64,000 bases of DNA, taken from positions 128,172 to 192,171 of the forward strand of contig JANLHI010000032.1 in NCBI GenBank assembly GCA_024654525.1, written 5' to 3'. This DNA is from Patescibacteria group bacterium (GTDB lineage Bacteria; Patescibacteriota; Minisyncoccia; UBA6257; 2-01-FULL-56-20). The translations under genes were made by a program, and so were the position numbers. Shown here piece after piece: positions 55,417 through 64,000 of the stretch. Positions within the stretch are counted from its first letter, which is position 1. Every line of letters begins with the position of its first letter. Below the pieces are notes generated by a model that was not told where the DNA came from, made no database searches, and saw only the letters and a program-made list of their open reading frames with translations.

Positions 55417-55800
55417 ATGCAAGCCCCAAAAACAGTATTAATAGTAGAAGATGAGAAAAGTCTCCGCGAGGCCATCGTGGACATTCTCCGTCTCAAAAAT
55501 TTTCTGCCTCTTGAGGCGAGAAACGGCAGGGAAGGGTTAGAGCTTGCGTTTTCAAAACACCCAGACCTTATTTTACTTGATCTTATTATGCCGGAGATGG
55601 ATGGTATGACTGTGATAAAGAAAATTAGAGAAGACGCTTGGGGAAAAAAAGTCCTCATCATCATTCTTACGAACTTAAGTGCGATCAATGGACACATGGT
55701 AGCCGATGCGATGGCACATAGGCCAACACATTATCTCATCAAGTCGGATTGGAAACTTCATGATATTGTAAGAAAGATTGAGACGATATTGGCAGCCTAA
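55417..55800 (+). CDS. response regulator receiver (stand-alone REC domain)
   Basis: TVLIVEDEKSLREAIVDILRLKNFLPLEARNGREGLELAFSKHPDLILLDLIMPEMDGMTVIKKIRED is the CheY-like pattern with the phospho-acceptor Asp. Confidence 0.75.
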   Translation: MQAPKTVLIVEDEKSLREAIVDILRLKNFLPLEARNGREGLELAFSKHPDLILLDLIMPEMDGMTVIKKIREDAWGKKVLIIILTNLSAINGHMVADAMAHRPTHYLIKSDWKLHDIVRKIETILAA

Positions 55801-55818
55801 TATACTCTTATCTATACT

Positions 55819-57573
55819 ATGAGAAAAAAGACTATTATTTCCGCATCCGATAACATAATCCTCAATCTCAAAGTTTTGGCCGAGGAAAAAGAAGGCGTCA
55901 GACTCAAGCTTGTGGTGACGGCGGCAAAGCTTGCCGCGACCGCCGAGAAGCTTGCCGCGATTGCCAAGAAAAAAGAAGGCGTCAGACTCAAGCTTGTGGT
56001 GACGGCGGCAAAGCTTGCCGCGACCGCCGAGAAGCTCGCTATTACCGCTAAGAAAAGGGAGGGTATTAGAAGGCGCAAACTTGCAGTGACGGCGGCAAAG
56101 CTTGCCGCGACCGCAGAGAAACTTGCAGTTACCGCCAAAGAGAAAGAGGGTGTCCGACACAGGCTTGCAGTGACGGCGGCAAAGCTTGCCGCGACCGCCG
56201 AGAAGCTTGCGATCACCGCCAAGGAGAAAGAGAACGTTCGACGCAAGCTTACCGTAATCGCCAGTGAGCTCGCCGCGGCCGCCAAAGAGAAAGAGAGCGT
56301 TCGACGCAAGTTGGTAGTGACTGCTAAAGAAAAAGAAATTGTCAGACTTAAGCTGGTGGTCACCGCAGAGAAGCTCAAACGGTCGTATGAAATGCTCGAG
56401 AGGAAAGTTTTTGAACGTACCAAAGACCTTGAAATGGCACGAGCCAAAGAAGAGGCTATTTTACTTTCAATCGGCGACGGACTTCTTGTGACCGATGAAA
56501 AAGGAAATGTGATTATTATAAATAAAACAGCTGAAAAACTTTTCAGTAAGAACAGTAAAGAAGTTGTGGGGAGAGTTTTTTCTGACGTTATCTTCTTAGA
56601 AGATGAAAAAGGCGCCAGCATCCCTTCAGAGAAGCATCCCGTAAACGTTGCTCTTGCAACGAGTGCAGCTACTGCTACGGGTCCCACTTACTATTGCGTG
56701 CGAGAGGATAAGACAAAATTTCCTATGGCGATTATGGCAACGCCCGTCGTGCTTAATGGGAAGGTTATCGGAGCAATCAAAATCTTTCGAGATATCACCA
56801 ACGAGCGAGAAATTGATAAAGCAAAGACTGAATTCGTTTCACTTGCCTCACATCAGCTCCGTACACCGCTTTCTGCGGTCAATTGGTACACGGAAATGCT
56901 TTTGGCGGGAGATGTGGGAGAGTTGAATGAAAAACAAAAAAAGTATTTAGACGAGGTATACCGCAGTAATCAACGGATGGTTGAGTTGGTGAATGCCCTT
57001 TTGGATGTTTCTTCTCTTGAGCTCGGCACATTCGTGATGGAGCCCGAATCAACCGACATAATAAAACTCGCGCAGAGCGTAATAGATGAACAAAAACCGC
57101 AGATTCATGCGAAGAGAATACATTTTTCTTTTTTATCTAAAAGAAAAGTTTCACCCATGCAAGTCGATCCGAAGCTTCTGCGAATGGTACTGCAAAATAT
57201 TTTATCAAATGCGGTGAAATATACCCCCGGAGGCGGAAAGATACGATTATCAATTTCATTGGTCGATAAAAAGAATATTCTTCTCAAAGTTTCTGACACA
57301 GGCTATGGCATCCCGAATAACCAGCAGGATAAAATATTTACCAAACTTTTCCGGGCGGATAATGTGAGAGACAAAGACACAGATGGAACAGGTCTCGGGC
57401 TTTACATCGCAAAATCAATTGTTGAAAATGCTGGCGGGAAAATTTGGTTTACATCCTCTGGTGAGGTGGCTGGTGTTCGGGCAAGCCGCATGGCAGGCGG
57501 AGAAGAAAATAATGGCACTACGTTTTATGTATCCCTTCCTTTAGATGCGGCGCAGAGAGAAAGTACCAAATAA
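55819..57573 (+). CDS. sensor histidine kinase with N-terminal tandem coiled-coil repeats, PAS domain, HisKA and HATPase_c
   Basis: About 5.8 copies of a 28-aa repeat (KEGVRLKLVVTAAKLAATAEKLAAIAKK), then a PAS-like domain (ILLSIGDGLLVTDEKGNVIIINKTAEKLF), the H-box (EFVSLASHQLRTPLSAVNWYTEMLL) and the G-boxes (DTGYGIP...GTGLGLYIAKSIVENAGGKIW). No TM segment. Confidence 0.8.
   Translation: MRKKTIISASDNIILNLKVLAEEKEGVRLKLVVTAAKLAATAEKLAAIAKKKEGVRLKLVVTAAKLAATAEKLAITAKKREGIRRRKLAVTAAKLAATAEKLAVTAKEKEGVRHRLAVTAAKLAATAEKLAITAKEKENVRRKLTVIASELAAAAKEKESVRRKLVVTAKEKEIVRLKLVVTAEKLKRSYEMLERKVFERTKDLEMARAKEEAILLSIGDGLLVTDEKGNVIIINKTAEKLFSKNSKEVVGRVFSDVIFLEDEKGASIPSEKHPVNVALATSAATATGPTYYCVREDKTKFPMAIMATPVVLNGKVIGAIKIFRDITNEREIDKAKTEFVSLASHQLRTPLSAVNWYTEMLLAGDVGELNEKQKKYLDEVYRSNQRMVELVNALLDVSSLELGTFVMEPESTDIIKLAQSVIDEQKPQIHAKRIHFSFLSKRKVSPMQVDPKLLRMVLQNILSNAVKYTPGGGKIRLSISLVDKKNILLKVSDTGYGIPNNQQDKIFTKLFRADNVRDKDTDGTGLGLYIAKSIVENAGGKIWFTSSGEVAGVRASRMAGGEENNGTTFYVSLPLDAAQRESTK
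55888..56376 (+). repeat. 84-bp tandem repeats (about 5.8 copies) within the histidine kinase gene
   Basis: Units 55888-55971 and 55972-56055 are near-identical. Later units diverge progressively. This explains the spurious long antisense ORFs in this interval. Confidence 0.7.
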
Positions 57574-57616
57574 AGTTATTAGTATCTCACGTAACCACAT
57601 ACTATAAAATCTAAAT

Positions 57617-58123
57617 ATGGCAAAAAAATTAATAAAGGACATTCACATTAAAGGGCAGCTCGCTATGGGGCAAAGGAAAACAATTTTAGTTATTGAGGAC
57701 GAGCGGCCCCTACTTGATGCAATAAATGCCAAGCTTGAGAAAAATGGTTTTGGCGTTATTACGGCGCGTAGCGTCGAGCAGACATTTAATGCAAAGTTAG
57801 AGAAGAAAGGTTTAGGTAGTATCACTGTCCAGAGCATTGAACAAGCTCTTAGATATCTCGAAAGCTTGGAACGAGTTGATGCAATCTGGCTTGACCACCA
57901 CCTCTTAGGTAAAGAAGATGGCCTTGATTTTGTGAAAAAATTCAAAGCGAATGGGGGACGATGGAATACCATCCCTATTTTTGTGGTCTCGAATGCTGCA
58001 AGCCCTAACACGGTACGGTCATATATCGATGCGGGCGTTACAAAATACTATGTGAAATCCGACCATCGACTCGATGAAATTATCAAGGATATAAGGTCAT
58101 TTTTAGACCATCCGGAAAAATAA
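57617..58123 (+). CDS. response regulator receiver domain protein with internal 22-aa duplication
   Basis: KTILVIEDERPLLDAINAKLEKNGFGVITARSVEQTF then NAKLEKKGLGSITVQSIEQAL (duplicated helix-strand unit), ...VDAIWLDHHL...IPIFVVS... Confidence 0.55.
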   Translation: MAKKLIKDIHIKGQLAMGQRKTILVIEDERPLLDAINAKLEKNGFGVITARSVEQTFNAKLEKKGLGSITVQSIEQALRYLESLERVDAIWLDHHLLGKEDGLDFVKKFKANGGRWNTIPIFVVSNAASPNTVRSYIDAGVTKYYVKSDHRLDEIIKDIRSFLDHPEK

Positions 58124-58325
58124 GCAATACAATTAAAGAATTCGGAGATAATAGAAACACTTCTCATTGAAAAGAGGTTTTTTGGTGTTGCGAGATGAAA
58201 AATATCTTTTTCGAAAGTTGTTTGAAATTTTCACTCGGCTTCTCGTTCGTTGTAACAAGTCCAGTTTCTGAGCGGCTTACTTATTGCAAAGGTTGAATCA
58301 AAATAATTAATCAACCAAAAACAGT

Positions 58326-58625
58326 ATGAAGAAAGAAAACATTGTTACCGGAGTTGTGGTATCGGTTATTATCGTAGCCGGTGGGATATTCTTATTTTCG
58401 AAATATGCGGGGCCGTCGGCGGTGATCCCGGGCATCTCGGGCGCAAATCAAAGCACGCTTGCGGCAGTGCAGGTCAGTCTTACTCCACCTTCCGAGGATC
58501 AGAATGTTCCAAACGAATCCAATCCAACGCCCGATGACGTCGCGAAGATCGCGGAAATAGTGGATGTTTCCACTATCAGTCTTCCTGATGCGGGGATTCC
58601 CCTGGAAGAGGAAAGTGTTCAATAA
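58326..58625 (+). CDS. hypothetical small secreted protein
   Basis: 99 aa with an N-terminal hydrophobic anchor. Confidence 0.3.
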   Translation: MKKENIVTGVVVSVIIVAGGIFLFSKYAGPSAVIPGISGANQSTLAAVQVSLTPPSEDQNVPNESNPTPDDVAKIAEIVDVSTISLPDAGIPLEEESVQ

Positions 58626-58643
58626 ACGACGCATATAGAGAAT

Positions 58644-58922
58644 ATGGAAACAGCACTCATGTTTGCGGAAACGGTTTTCTATCTTACGGTGTCTGTGACA
58701 ATCATTGTACTCGGCGTGTGGTGTGCTCTTCTTGCGCGTCACTTTATACGTATAGCTCGGGAGCTCGGAGAGTTTTTTCGCAATCTTCATGATGTCTCGA
58801 GCGAGGTGGGGGAGCGGATACGCGATAGTATCGACAGGATTTCGGACGTGCCGATTCTTTCCTATTTTCTCAAAAAGCATTCCACCGCGCATGAAAGGAA
58901 AGGTCGGAGTAAGTCGGTTTGA
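58644..58922 (+). CDS. hypothetical membrane protein
   Basis: 92 aa with one TM helix. Confidence 0.3.
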   Translation: METALMFAETVFYLTVSVTIIVLGVWCALLARHFIRIARELGEFFRNLHDVSSEVGERIRDSIDRISDVPILSYFLKKHSTAHERKGRSKSV

Positions 58923-58937
58923 AAACGAAACAACACT

Positions 58938-59255
58938 ATGAAGAAAAACGGAGAAATGATGTTGGGAGGTGCCCTAGTGGGAGCCGTGCTTGGCGTTGCG
59001 GCGGGAGTGCTTCTTGCGCCGGAGTCGGGAAAGAAGATGAGAAGGGATATCAGAAAACTTTCGGGAGATTTTTATCGCTATCTCGCGCCGCAGATAAAGA
59101 GACTGAAAAAGGTGAGCGAGACACAGTATCACGCGTTTGTGACCGAGGGAGTGAAGAAATATGCCGATGCGAAGAAACTTTCGCTCGCAGAAGTAAAGAT
59201 CATCGCTTCGGAAGCGAAACGCTCCTGGGGGCACATGAAGAAAAATCTTAGGTAA
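58938..59255 (+). CDS. YtxH-domain (DUF948-like) protein
   Basis: GALVGAVLGVAAGVLLAPESGKKMRRDI is the N-terminal glycine-zipper/TM and APxSG motif typical of YtxH. Confidence 0.5.
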   Translation: MKKNGEMMLGGALVGAVLGVAAGVLLAPESGKKMRRDIRKLSGDFYRYLAPQIKRLKKVSETQYHAFVTEGVKKYADAKKLSLAEVKIIASEAKRSWGHMKKNLR

Positions 59256-59374
59256 TGAGGCGCGGGGTAGATGGGGGAGTAATATCCATGTAATCGAGTG
59301 TAATGTTCTTGTCGTCAAAACGGCGTCATATATACAAAGTCGATTCTGGAAATAAATTGGTAGTACATAATCAC

Positions 59375-59518
59375 ATGCTTCTCACTATCGGTTTTGCGCT
59401 CGTAGCTTTATGGCTTATCGGTGTTATCGCGTTTCCCGTGATAGGTTGGTTTATCCATGTGCTTCTTGTCATAGCCATTATGGTAATTCTTATACGGATT
59501 ATTAAAGGTAATCAATAA
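59375..59518 (+). CDS. lmo0937-family small membrane protein
   Basis: MLLTIGFALVALWLIGVIAFPVIGWFIHVLLVIAIMVILIRIIKG follows the family pattern LW..G......G..IH.LLV.A..V..I..I. Start at the internal ATG. Confidence 0.45.
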   Translation: MLLTIGFALVALWLIGVIAFPVIGWFIHVLLVIAIMVILIRIIKGNQ

Positions 59519-59530
59519 TCGCCAAAATAT

Positions 59531-61522
59531 ATGAAACAGCGCATCGTCATAACCACCGTCGCATTATTCATTTTTGCACTATTCGGTTTTGTGGGACCGA
59601 TTGCCGCACTCGCGGCGGGCCCGGCAACGGTCAATCTTTTGTCGGCGGGCAATTTTACGATTCTCACGGAAACGGGGATTACCAACACCGGAACTCACGG
59701 TTCCGTCATTACGGGGAACATCGGTTCGAGCCCCATTACCGCCGCGGCAATGAACGGCGTATTTTGTTCGGAAATAACGGGAACCATATATGGCGTGAAT
59801 GCGGCATATATAGGTAGTGGCAGTCAGGTGTGTTTTGCGGGTAATCCTCCGTTGGCGAATAAAACATTCGTGGATACCGCAGTGAGTGACATGGAAGCCG
59901 CGTACACGAATGCCGCGGGAAGAATAACGCCGGACGGTACCAATTTATACGCGGGAAATCTCGGCGGGCAGACTTTTGCACCGGGACTCTATACATGGAC
60001 CACCGACGTCACTATACCGACTAACGTCACGCTTTCGGGTGGCGCGAATGACGTATGGATTTTCCAGATAGCGGGGAATCTCGATGTTTCTTCCGCGGGA
60101 AGTATTCCCGCCGGTATCAAGGTGTTGCTCTCGGGCGGCGCTCAGGCCTCGAATGTATTCTGGCAGGTTGGCGGAGGTACCGGCGCAACGCTCGGAACGT
60201 ACGCGACATTCAACGGAACAATATTGAGCGCGAAGCAAATTATTATGCAGACGGGCGCGGTGCTGACCGGCAGGGCGCTGGCGCAAACGCAAGTGACGCT
60301 TGATGCCAATGCCGTTACGATTCCTGCCGGTTCGGTTTCCGCCACATTGCATGTCATTAAACTGGTAGTGAACGACAACGGTGGTACGGCGATTCCCTCA
60401 GCCTTTACCGTACATGTGAAACTTTCCGGCACTGATATTGCGGGAAGTCCGGCGTCCGGTACCGAGGCTCCCGGAACCGCCTATTCGCTTTCCGCAGGTA
60501 CGTATGTAGTGAGTGAAAATGCACACGCTTTGTATACGCAAAGCTTCAGTGGGGCGTGCGATGCGAATGGGATCGTCACGCTTTCCGCGGGAGAGGATAA
60601 AACATGTACGATTGTGAATACGAATATTCCTCCGCCGGCGCCGGTTATCGGTGTAGCGGGGAGAATCATACCTCTCATAGGCATTCTCAAAGTTCCGAGC
60701 TTACTCGCGACGTCCACGGGGTCCGGCATGGTCACTTATGCTTACACCGCGTGGAATGTTGGGGGACAACAGGCGTTGATGGATGTCACGGTGACGGATA
60801 ATAAGTGTGGTCCGGTAATCTTTCTTTCCGGCGACACGAACAGTAATGGCAAACTTGATCCGAGGGAATACTGGAAATACAACTGTACCGCCACACTCCC
60901 GAGTACCACTACGGGTACTGCGGTTGCAACCGGGTATAGTAATGACGGTTTCCATCAGGCTACTATTGCCACTGCACTCACTACCGTGGCAGTCGGTATT
61001 CCGTTGCCGCCGCCGCTTATCAGTATAGTGAAGGTACCGAGTCGCTTAACTTCGTTTCCGTTCGGAGGAGGGAATGTCATGTACTCCTATACCGTGACAA
61101 ACCCGGGTGTGGTTCCCATGAATAATGTAGTGGTGACTGATGATAAATGCGCTCCTGTATCCGGTCCTTTTGGTGACGCAAACGGCAATAATCTGCTTGA
61201 CCCGGGTGAAGGATGGGCATATGCCTGTCAGACGCACATTTCGGTTTCAACCAGGAACGTCGCGACGGCTGAAGGCAGGGCAAACAGTTTTACCGCCCTC
61301 GGATATGCGTTCGCCACGGTGCTTGTAGATGACGTCGCTCCCGTTTCCGTTTCTGATCCCGATCCCGATCCCGTTGTTACTTCTATTCTTATTCCGGGTT
61401 TTCCCGATACGGGATTTCCCTCCGATGAGGAAAGTATGCCATGGGATATGGTTATTGTGATGGGTATCCTTGTAATAACTTCGACTTCACTCGCGTTCTT
61501 ATTTGGGAGATACAAGAGTTAG
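59531..61522 (+). CDS. cell-surface protein: signal peptide, ice-binding-like (DUF3494) beta-helix domain, two Ig-like repeat domains, FPDTG sortase motif + TM + RYKS tail
   Basis: N-terminal signal, then LLSAGNFTILTETGITNTGTHGSVITGNIGSSPIT... (DUF3494 pattern). Two repeats follow: ...VTYAYTAWNVGGQQALMDVTVTDNKCGPV...LDPREYWKYNC and ...VMYSYTVTNPGVVPMNNVVVTDDKCAPV...LDPGEGWAYAC. The C-terminus is PGFPDTG-FPSDEESMPWDMVIVMGILVITSTSLAFLFG-RYKS. The gene is GC-rich. Confidence 0.6.
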   Translation: MKQRIVITTVALFIFALFGFVGPIAALAAGPATVNLLSAGNFTILTETGITNTGTHGSVITGNIGSSPITAAAMNGVFCSEITGTIYGVNAAYIGSGSQVCFAGNPPLANKTFVDTAVSDMEAAYTNAAGRITPDGTNLYAGNLGGQTFAPGLYTWTTDVTIPTNVTLSGGANDVWIFQIAGNLDVSSAGSIPAGIKVLLSGGAQASNVFWQVGGGTGATLGTYATFNGTILSAKQIIMQTGAVLTGRALAQTQVTLDANAVTIPAGSVSATLHVIKLVVNDNGGTAIPSAFTVHVKLSGTDIAGSPASGTEAPGTAYSLSAGTYVVSENAHALYTQSFSGACDANGIVTLSAGEDKTCTIVNTNIPPPAPVIGVAGRIIPLIGILKVPSLLATSTGSGMVTYAYTAWNVGGQQALMDVTVTDNKCGPVIFLSGDTNSNGKLDPREYWKYNCTATLPSTTTGTAVATGYSNDGFHQATIATALTTVAVGIPLPPPLISIVKVPSRLTSFPFGGGNVMYSYTVTNPGVVPMNNVVVTDDKCAPVSGPFGDANGNNLLDPGEGWAYACQTHISVSTRNVATAEGRANSFTALGYAFATVLVDDVAPVSVSDPDPDPVVTSILIPGFPDTGFPSDEESMPWDMVIVMGILVITSTSLAFLFGRYKS

Positions 61523-61574
61523 TCTGGCGGAAGTTTATCCAAAAGAAAATTTTCCATACAACATAATTTATACT

Positions 61575-61910
61575 ATGCAATACCAAAAATCATTCACCAT
61601 TACTGAACAAAATATACTTCCGCGTGTGAGGAGTGCGTTGTTTGCAAAAGGATTCAGAGTGGTCAACGAAAGTGATACGTCCTTGCAGGTTGAACGCGGA
61701 TCCGACTTTGCGCAATTATATTCTTTCGACATCAGGAAATATAAAACTTCTTTGATTGTCGAAGTTGATTCGGCGAATAATCTGACTTTCAAGTATTACG
61801 TGAAAAGGGGTTTGAACATACCAATGCCCGACGACCAGCAAAGTCTTAATCATGAGATCGAGGAGATTTTGATTGGTATCAGTAAATCGGAGATTCAGCA
61901 GAAAGCATAG
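61575..61910 (+). CDS. hypothetical protein
   Basis: Start at the internal ATG to avoid overlapping the upstream gene. No motifs. Confidence 0.3.
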   Translation: MQYQKSFTITEQNILPRVRSALFAKGFRVVNESDTSLQVERGSDFAQLYSFDIRKYKTSLIVEVDSANNLTFKYYVKRGLNIPMPDDQQSLNHEIEEILIGISKSEIQQKA

Positions 61911-61974
61911 CTAATGGGAGCTTTGTACGGTCTTATCGTCGCGTCGCTCATCAAGAGATTGCAAAAATAACTAT

Positions 61975-62469
61975 ATGAAAAATTTTATCAAAACTTTCTT
62001 TTTGACTGGATTTTTCTTCGGATTAGGTATGGGTGTACTACATGGTCTTCTTCGTGCCGATATTTCAGATGGAATTTTTAGGGGAATAATTTTAGGCATA
62101 GCCTTCGGTTTAAGTATGGCTATTTCCGAGAGTTTCCTATCAAGGAAATTAAAGAAAATGGAGCAAACTATTCCTAATCTGATATTTTCTGCCGGTGCTA
62201 GCCATTTTGCGAAGGGCGGAACAGCCGGAGGATGGTTGTTCTTAACAACTACACAACTTATATTCAAATCGCATAAATTTAATTTTAATCCACACGAATT
62301 AATTTTTGAATTAAAAGACATCACTTCGGTTCAACCTTCACTAACACTCGGAATTATTCCTAACAGATTGCTTATTTTGACCGCAACAAATAAAGATCGT
62401 TTTGGGATTGGGATGTACGAAATGAAAAATTGGGTAGACAAAATTATGAAGGCAAAAGCAGACCTTTAG
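61975..62469 (+). CDS. membrane protein with C-terminal bacterial PH-like domain
   Basis: Two N-terminal TM helices, then about 80 aa resembling bPH/GRAM-like folds (WLFLTTTQLIFKSH...ELKDITSVQP...LLILTA). Weak. Confidence 0.3.
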   Translation: MKNFIKTFFLTGFFFGLGMGVLHGLLRADISDGIFRGIILGIAFGLSMAISESFLSRKLKKMEQTIPNLIFSAGASHFAKGGTAGGWLFLTTTQLIFKSHKFNFNPHELIFELKDITSVQPSLTLGIIPNRLLILTATNKDRFGIGMYEMKNWVDKIMKAKADL

Positions 62470-62505
62470 GTGGTTGCTATTCAAACTTTAAATTCACGAA
62501 ATAAT

Positions 62506-63963
62506 ATGAAAAACACACAAAACCTCGATAAAAATCAGTCCAGAAAAGGATTTGCCGTGCCGGCACTTCTCGCGATTGTGGCATTATTGGTGCTTGGTGG
62601 CGGCTACGCCATAGTGAAAACCAATCCGGGAATCGCTCAAAAATTTGGTTTTGAAAAACAAGCGGAGAAAAAGGAACTGATTGCTGACATGAAAGATGCA
62701 AAAAAAGATGAGACGATTAAGGGACTTTCGTTTAGTTTTGCTAATGGGCCAACAAAGTGTGATGGGTATGCTCAAAAAAATAATGCCGATGGTAATCCCG
62801 CTCAATTTCAAACTTCTGCTCCTCGCGATACTAAAAGTAACGTCGAAAGTGGCTATGATATTGGAATCCGAAATAAGTTTGGAACAAGTAAAGATGTGTA
62901 CGATTACACCATCTCTATTCAACAGCCCGACGCCACGATAGCTACGGTAAGTGGGCGAATGACGAGTGACAAGTCTGATTCAGTAAATTTTCCAAATAAT
63001 TTTGCCGGTTCTAAGGTAATGGAAGGCGTGTACAGTATTGTTTTTAAGATAGAAAATAAAGTTGTCGCGTGTGACGGGTTTAAGATCGTCGCTTCTGATT
63101 GGAAAACCTACACAAACGAAAAATATGGGTTTGAGATGAAATATCCTACCGATTGGGGGGTCAATGACCACAGCGCCCTGGGAGGCGGTATTCGAGAAGA
63201 GGGCGAGGTAAAGTTTTCTTTTATGAGTCCGGACTTTTCTCTTACCACAGGGGAAGTGTTTTCCTTTTCGGTCATGCCGACTTCTTTTAAAAACAATCGA
63301 GAGTTTTTGCTTTGGCAAAATAGTGGAAATGAAAATAATCCAAACACGAAGGGTAAGTGGATAGCCAAAGAAATTAATCTCCCAGGCATCGGACAAGCAA
63401 CCGAATCGCTCACCGTCGATATTGAGATTCACATCGTTAAGGCGCCATACCTGTACTCATTCCCTGATTTTCGCGCACATACCCTGTTTTCCACTATGAT
63501 GAGTACGTTTAAATTCATCTCGCCTTCTGATACGGCGATAAAGGATTGCGGGAAAAACTTCGACTGTATTATTGATGCCGCAAAGACGTGCATACTCGCG
63601 AAAGCAGACATTACAAACACGGTAGATATTTCAAAAATGTTCGGAGTTCCTGATTCCGCAGGACAATCTCGTATGGTACAGACGCAAAGGAACAGTCATG
63701 AAATTAAAGGGATGGTCGGCGGTAAGTGTGTTTATTCCATGAAACTTCTTGACATCCAGAATCCGCAGATGCCCGCGGAGGTCAGAGCGCAGGCCCTGCG
63801 CGAAGGTGCGATGACGTGTTCGTATGATACTGCGGACCTTGTGGTGAGACTTACCAATATACAGCAGGGAACATCGGCTTTTTCTTTTTCGACGGAAGAT
63901 ACTCCGGCGCAGAAAGCAGAGAAGCAGTGTGAAAACTATGGGGCTTCGTCATCAGAAGAATAA
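62506..63963 (+). CDS. hypothetical secreted protein
   Basis: Start at ATG 62506 (MKNTQN..., then a hydrophobic signal-anchor AVPALLAIVALLVLGGG). 485 aa, Cys-containing, no recognisable domain. Confidence 0.4.
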   Translation: MKNTQNLDKNQSRKGFAVPALLAIVALLVLGGGYAIVKTNPGIAQKFGFEKQAEKKELIADMKDAKKDETIKGLSFSFANGPTKCDGYAQKNNADGNPAQFQTSAPRDTKSNVESGYDIGIRNKFGTSKDVYDYTISIQQPDATIATVSGRMTSDKSDSVNFPNNFAGSKVMEGVYSIVFKIENKVVACDGFKIVASDWKTYTNEKYGFEMKYPTDWGVNDHSALGGGIREEGEVKFSFMSPDFSLTTGEVFSFSVMPTSFKNNREFLLWQNSGNENNPNTKGKWIAKEINLPGIGQATESLTVDIEIHIVKAPYLYSFPDFRAHTLFSTMMSTFKFISPSDTAIKDCGKNFDCIIDAAKTCILAKADITNTVDISKMFGVPDSAGQSRMVQTQRNSHEIKGMVGGKCVYSMKLLDIQNPQMPAEVRAQALREGAMTCSYDTADLVVRLTNIQQGTSAFSFSTEDTPAQKAEKQCENYGASSSEE

Positions 63964-64000
63964 CTTTTACGGCGAACAGGATTTAGTTAAAGTGTGACAA

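Noticed and set aside
55675-56687. Long minus-strand ORFs (291 aa and 161 aa) overlapping the histidine kinase
   Set aside because: They are products of the 84-bp tandem repeat read in antisense (low-complexity Ala/Ser/Leu). The plus-strand ORF carries intact PAS, HisKA and HATPase domains.

Overview
This window reads as a gene-dense fragment from a small-genome bacterium with standard genetic code (TGA is used as a stop). Overall GC is roughly 45%, with several patches of clearly higher GC. Its gene content resembles the Candidate Phyla Radiation, with GxxExxY and four-helix-bundle proteins, a diversity-generating retroelement and many small secreted or membrane proteins; that placement is an inference, not a measurement.

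First ~33 kb: a large cell-surface glycan biosynthesis locus.
- The complete GDP-D-glycero-alpha-D-manno-heptose route is present as hddA-gmhA-gmhB-hddC.
- Two RfaE-domain-II-like nucleotidyltransferases and three SDR epimerase/dehydratases accompany it.
- Tailoring enzymes include a TylC3-type sugar C-methyltransferase, two FkbM methyltransferases and a B12-binding radical SAM enzyme.
- Assembly genes are an initiating phosphoglycosyl transferase, GT2 and GT4 glycosyltransferases, a GT9 heptosyltransferase fused to a CgeB-like glycosyltransferase, a Wzx flippase and an O-antigen-ligase-like membrane protein.
- A minus-strand operon runs RHH regulator - PQ-loop membrane protein - ATP sulfurylase - AlkP-family enzyme - C-terminally truncated pyruvate-kinase paralog - APS kinase, so it should make PAPS. 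A sulfatase-fold protein with a non-canonical active-site motif sits at the locus edge. No recognisable sulfotransferase is present.

33-36 kb: a DedA / PAP2 / DsbA / glutaredoxin / TrxB redox block, then a decayed RelE/ParE toxin-antitoxin remnant with an in-frame TGA.

36.3-38.9 kb: the most striking feature, an apparently intact diversity-generating retroelement (DGR).
- The target gene has a C-terminal variable repeat (VR) of about 124 bp.
- A template repeat (TR) lies about 480 bp downstream. It differs from VR at 13 positions, and every one of them is an adenine in TR.
- A four-helix-bundle Avd-like gene sits on the opposite strand.
- The reverse transcriptase carries the DGR-specific LGNLTSQ motif and YADD.

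Downstream features:
- groES-groEL follows behind a near-consensus sigma70 promoter and a CIRCE operator, with an unusually long, structured 116-bp groES-groEL spacer.
- A tandem-domain ThyX and a four-helix-bundle protein come next.
- A TPM/LemA pair, pyrH and a CDP-alcohol phosphatidyltransferase follow.
- tRNA-Ser(GGA) is followed by an AT-rich islet carrying a GIY-YIG protein and a Fic N-terminal fragment.
- An FAD monooxygenase has its first ~37 bp duplicated 1.65 kb upstream.
- An ECF sigma factor precedes a histidine kinase with 84-bp tandem coiled-coil repeats and two receiver proteins.
- A GC-rich gene encodes a sortase-anchored (FPDTG) ice-binding-like (DUF3494) surface protein.

Other oddities are a GalT-like HIT-family gene frameshifted at a C9 homopolymer and a recurrent GC-rich hairpin motif at three sites. 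All calls rest on reading the sequence and ORF translations by eye; no database searches were possible.
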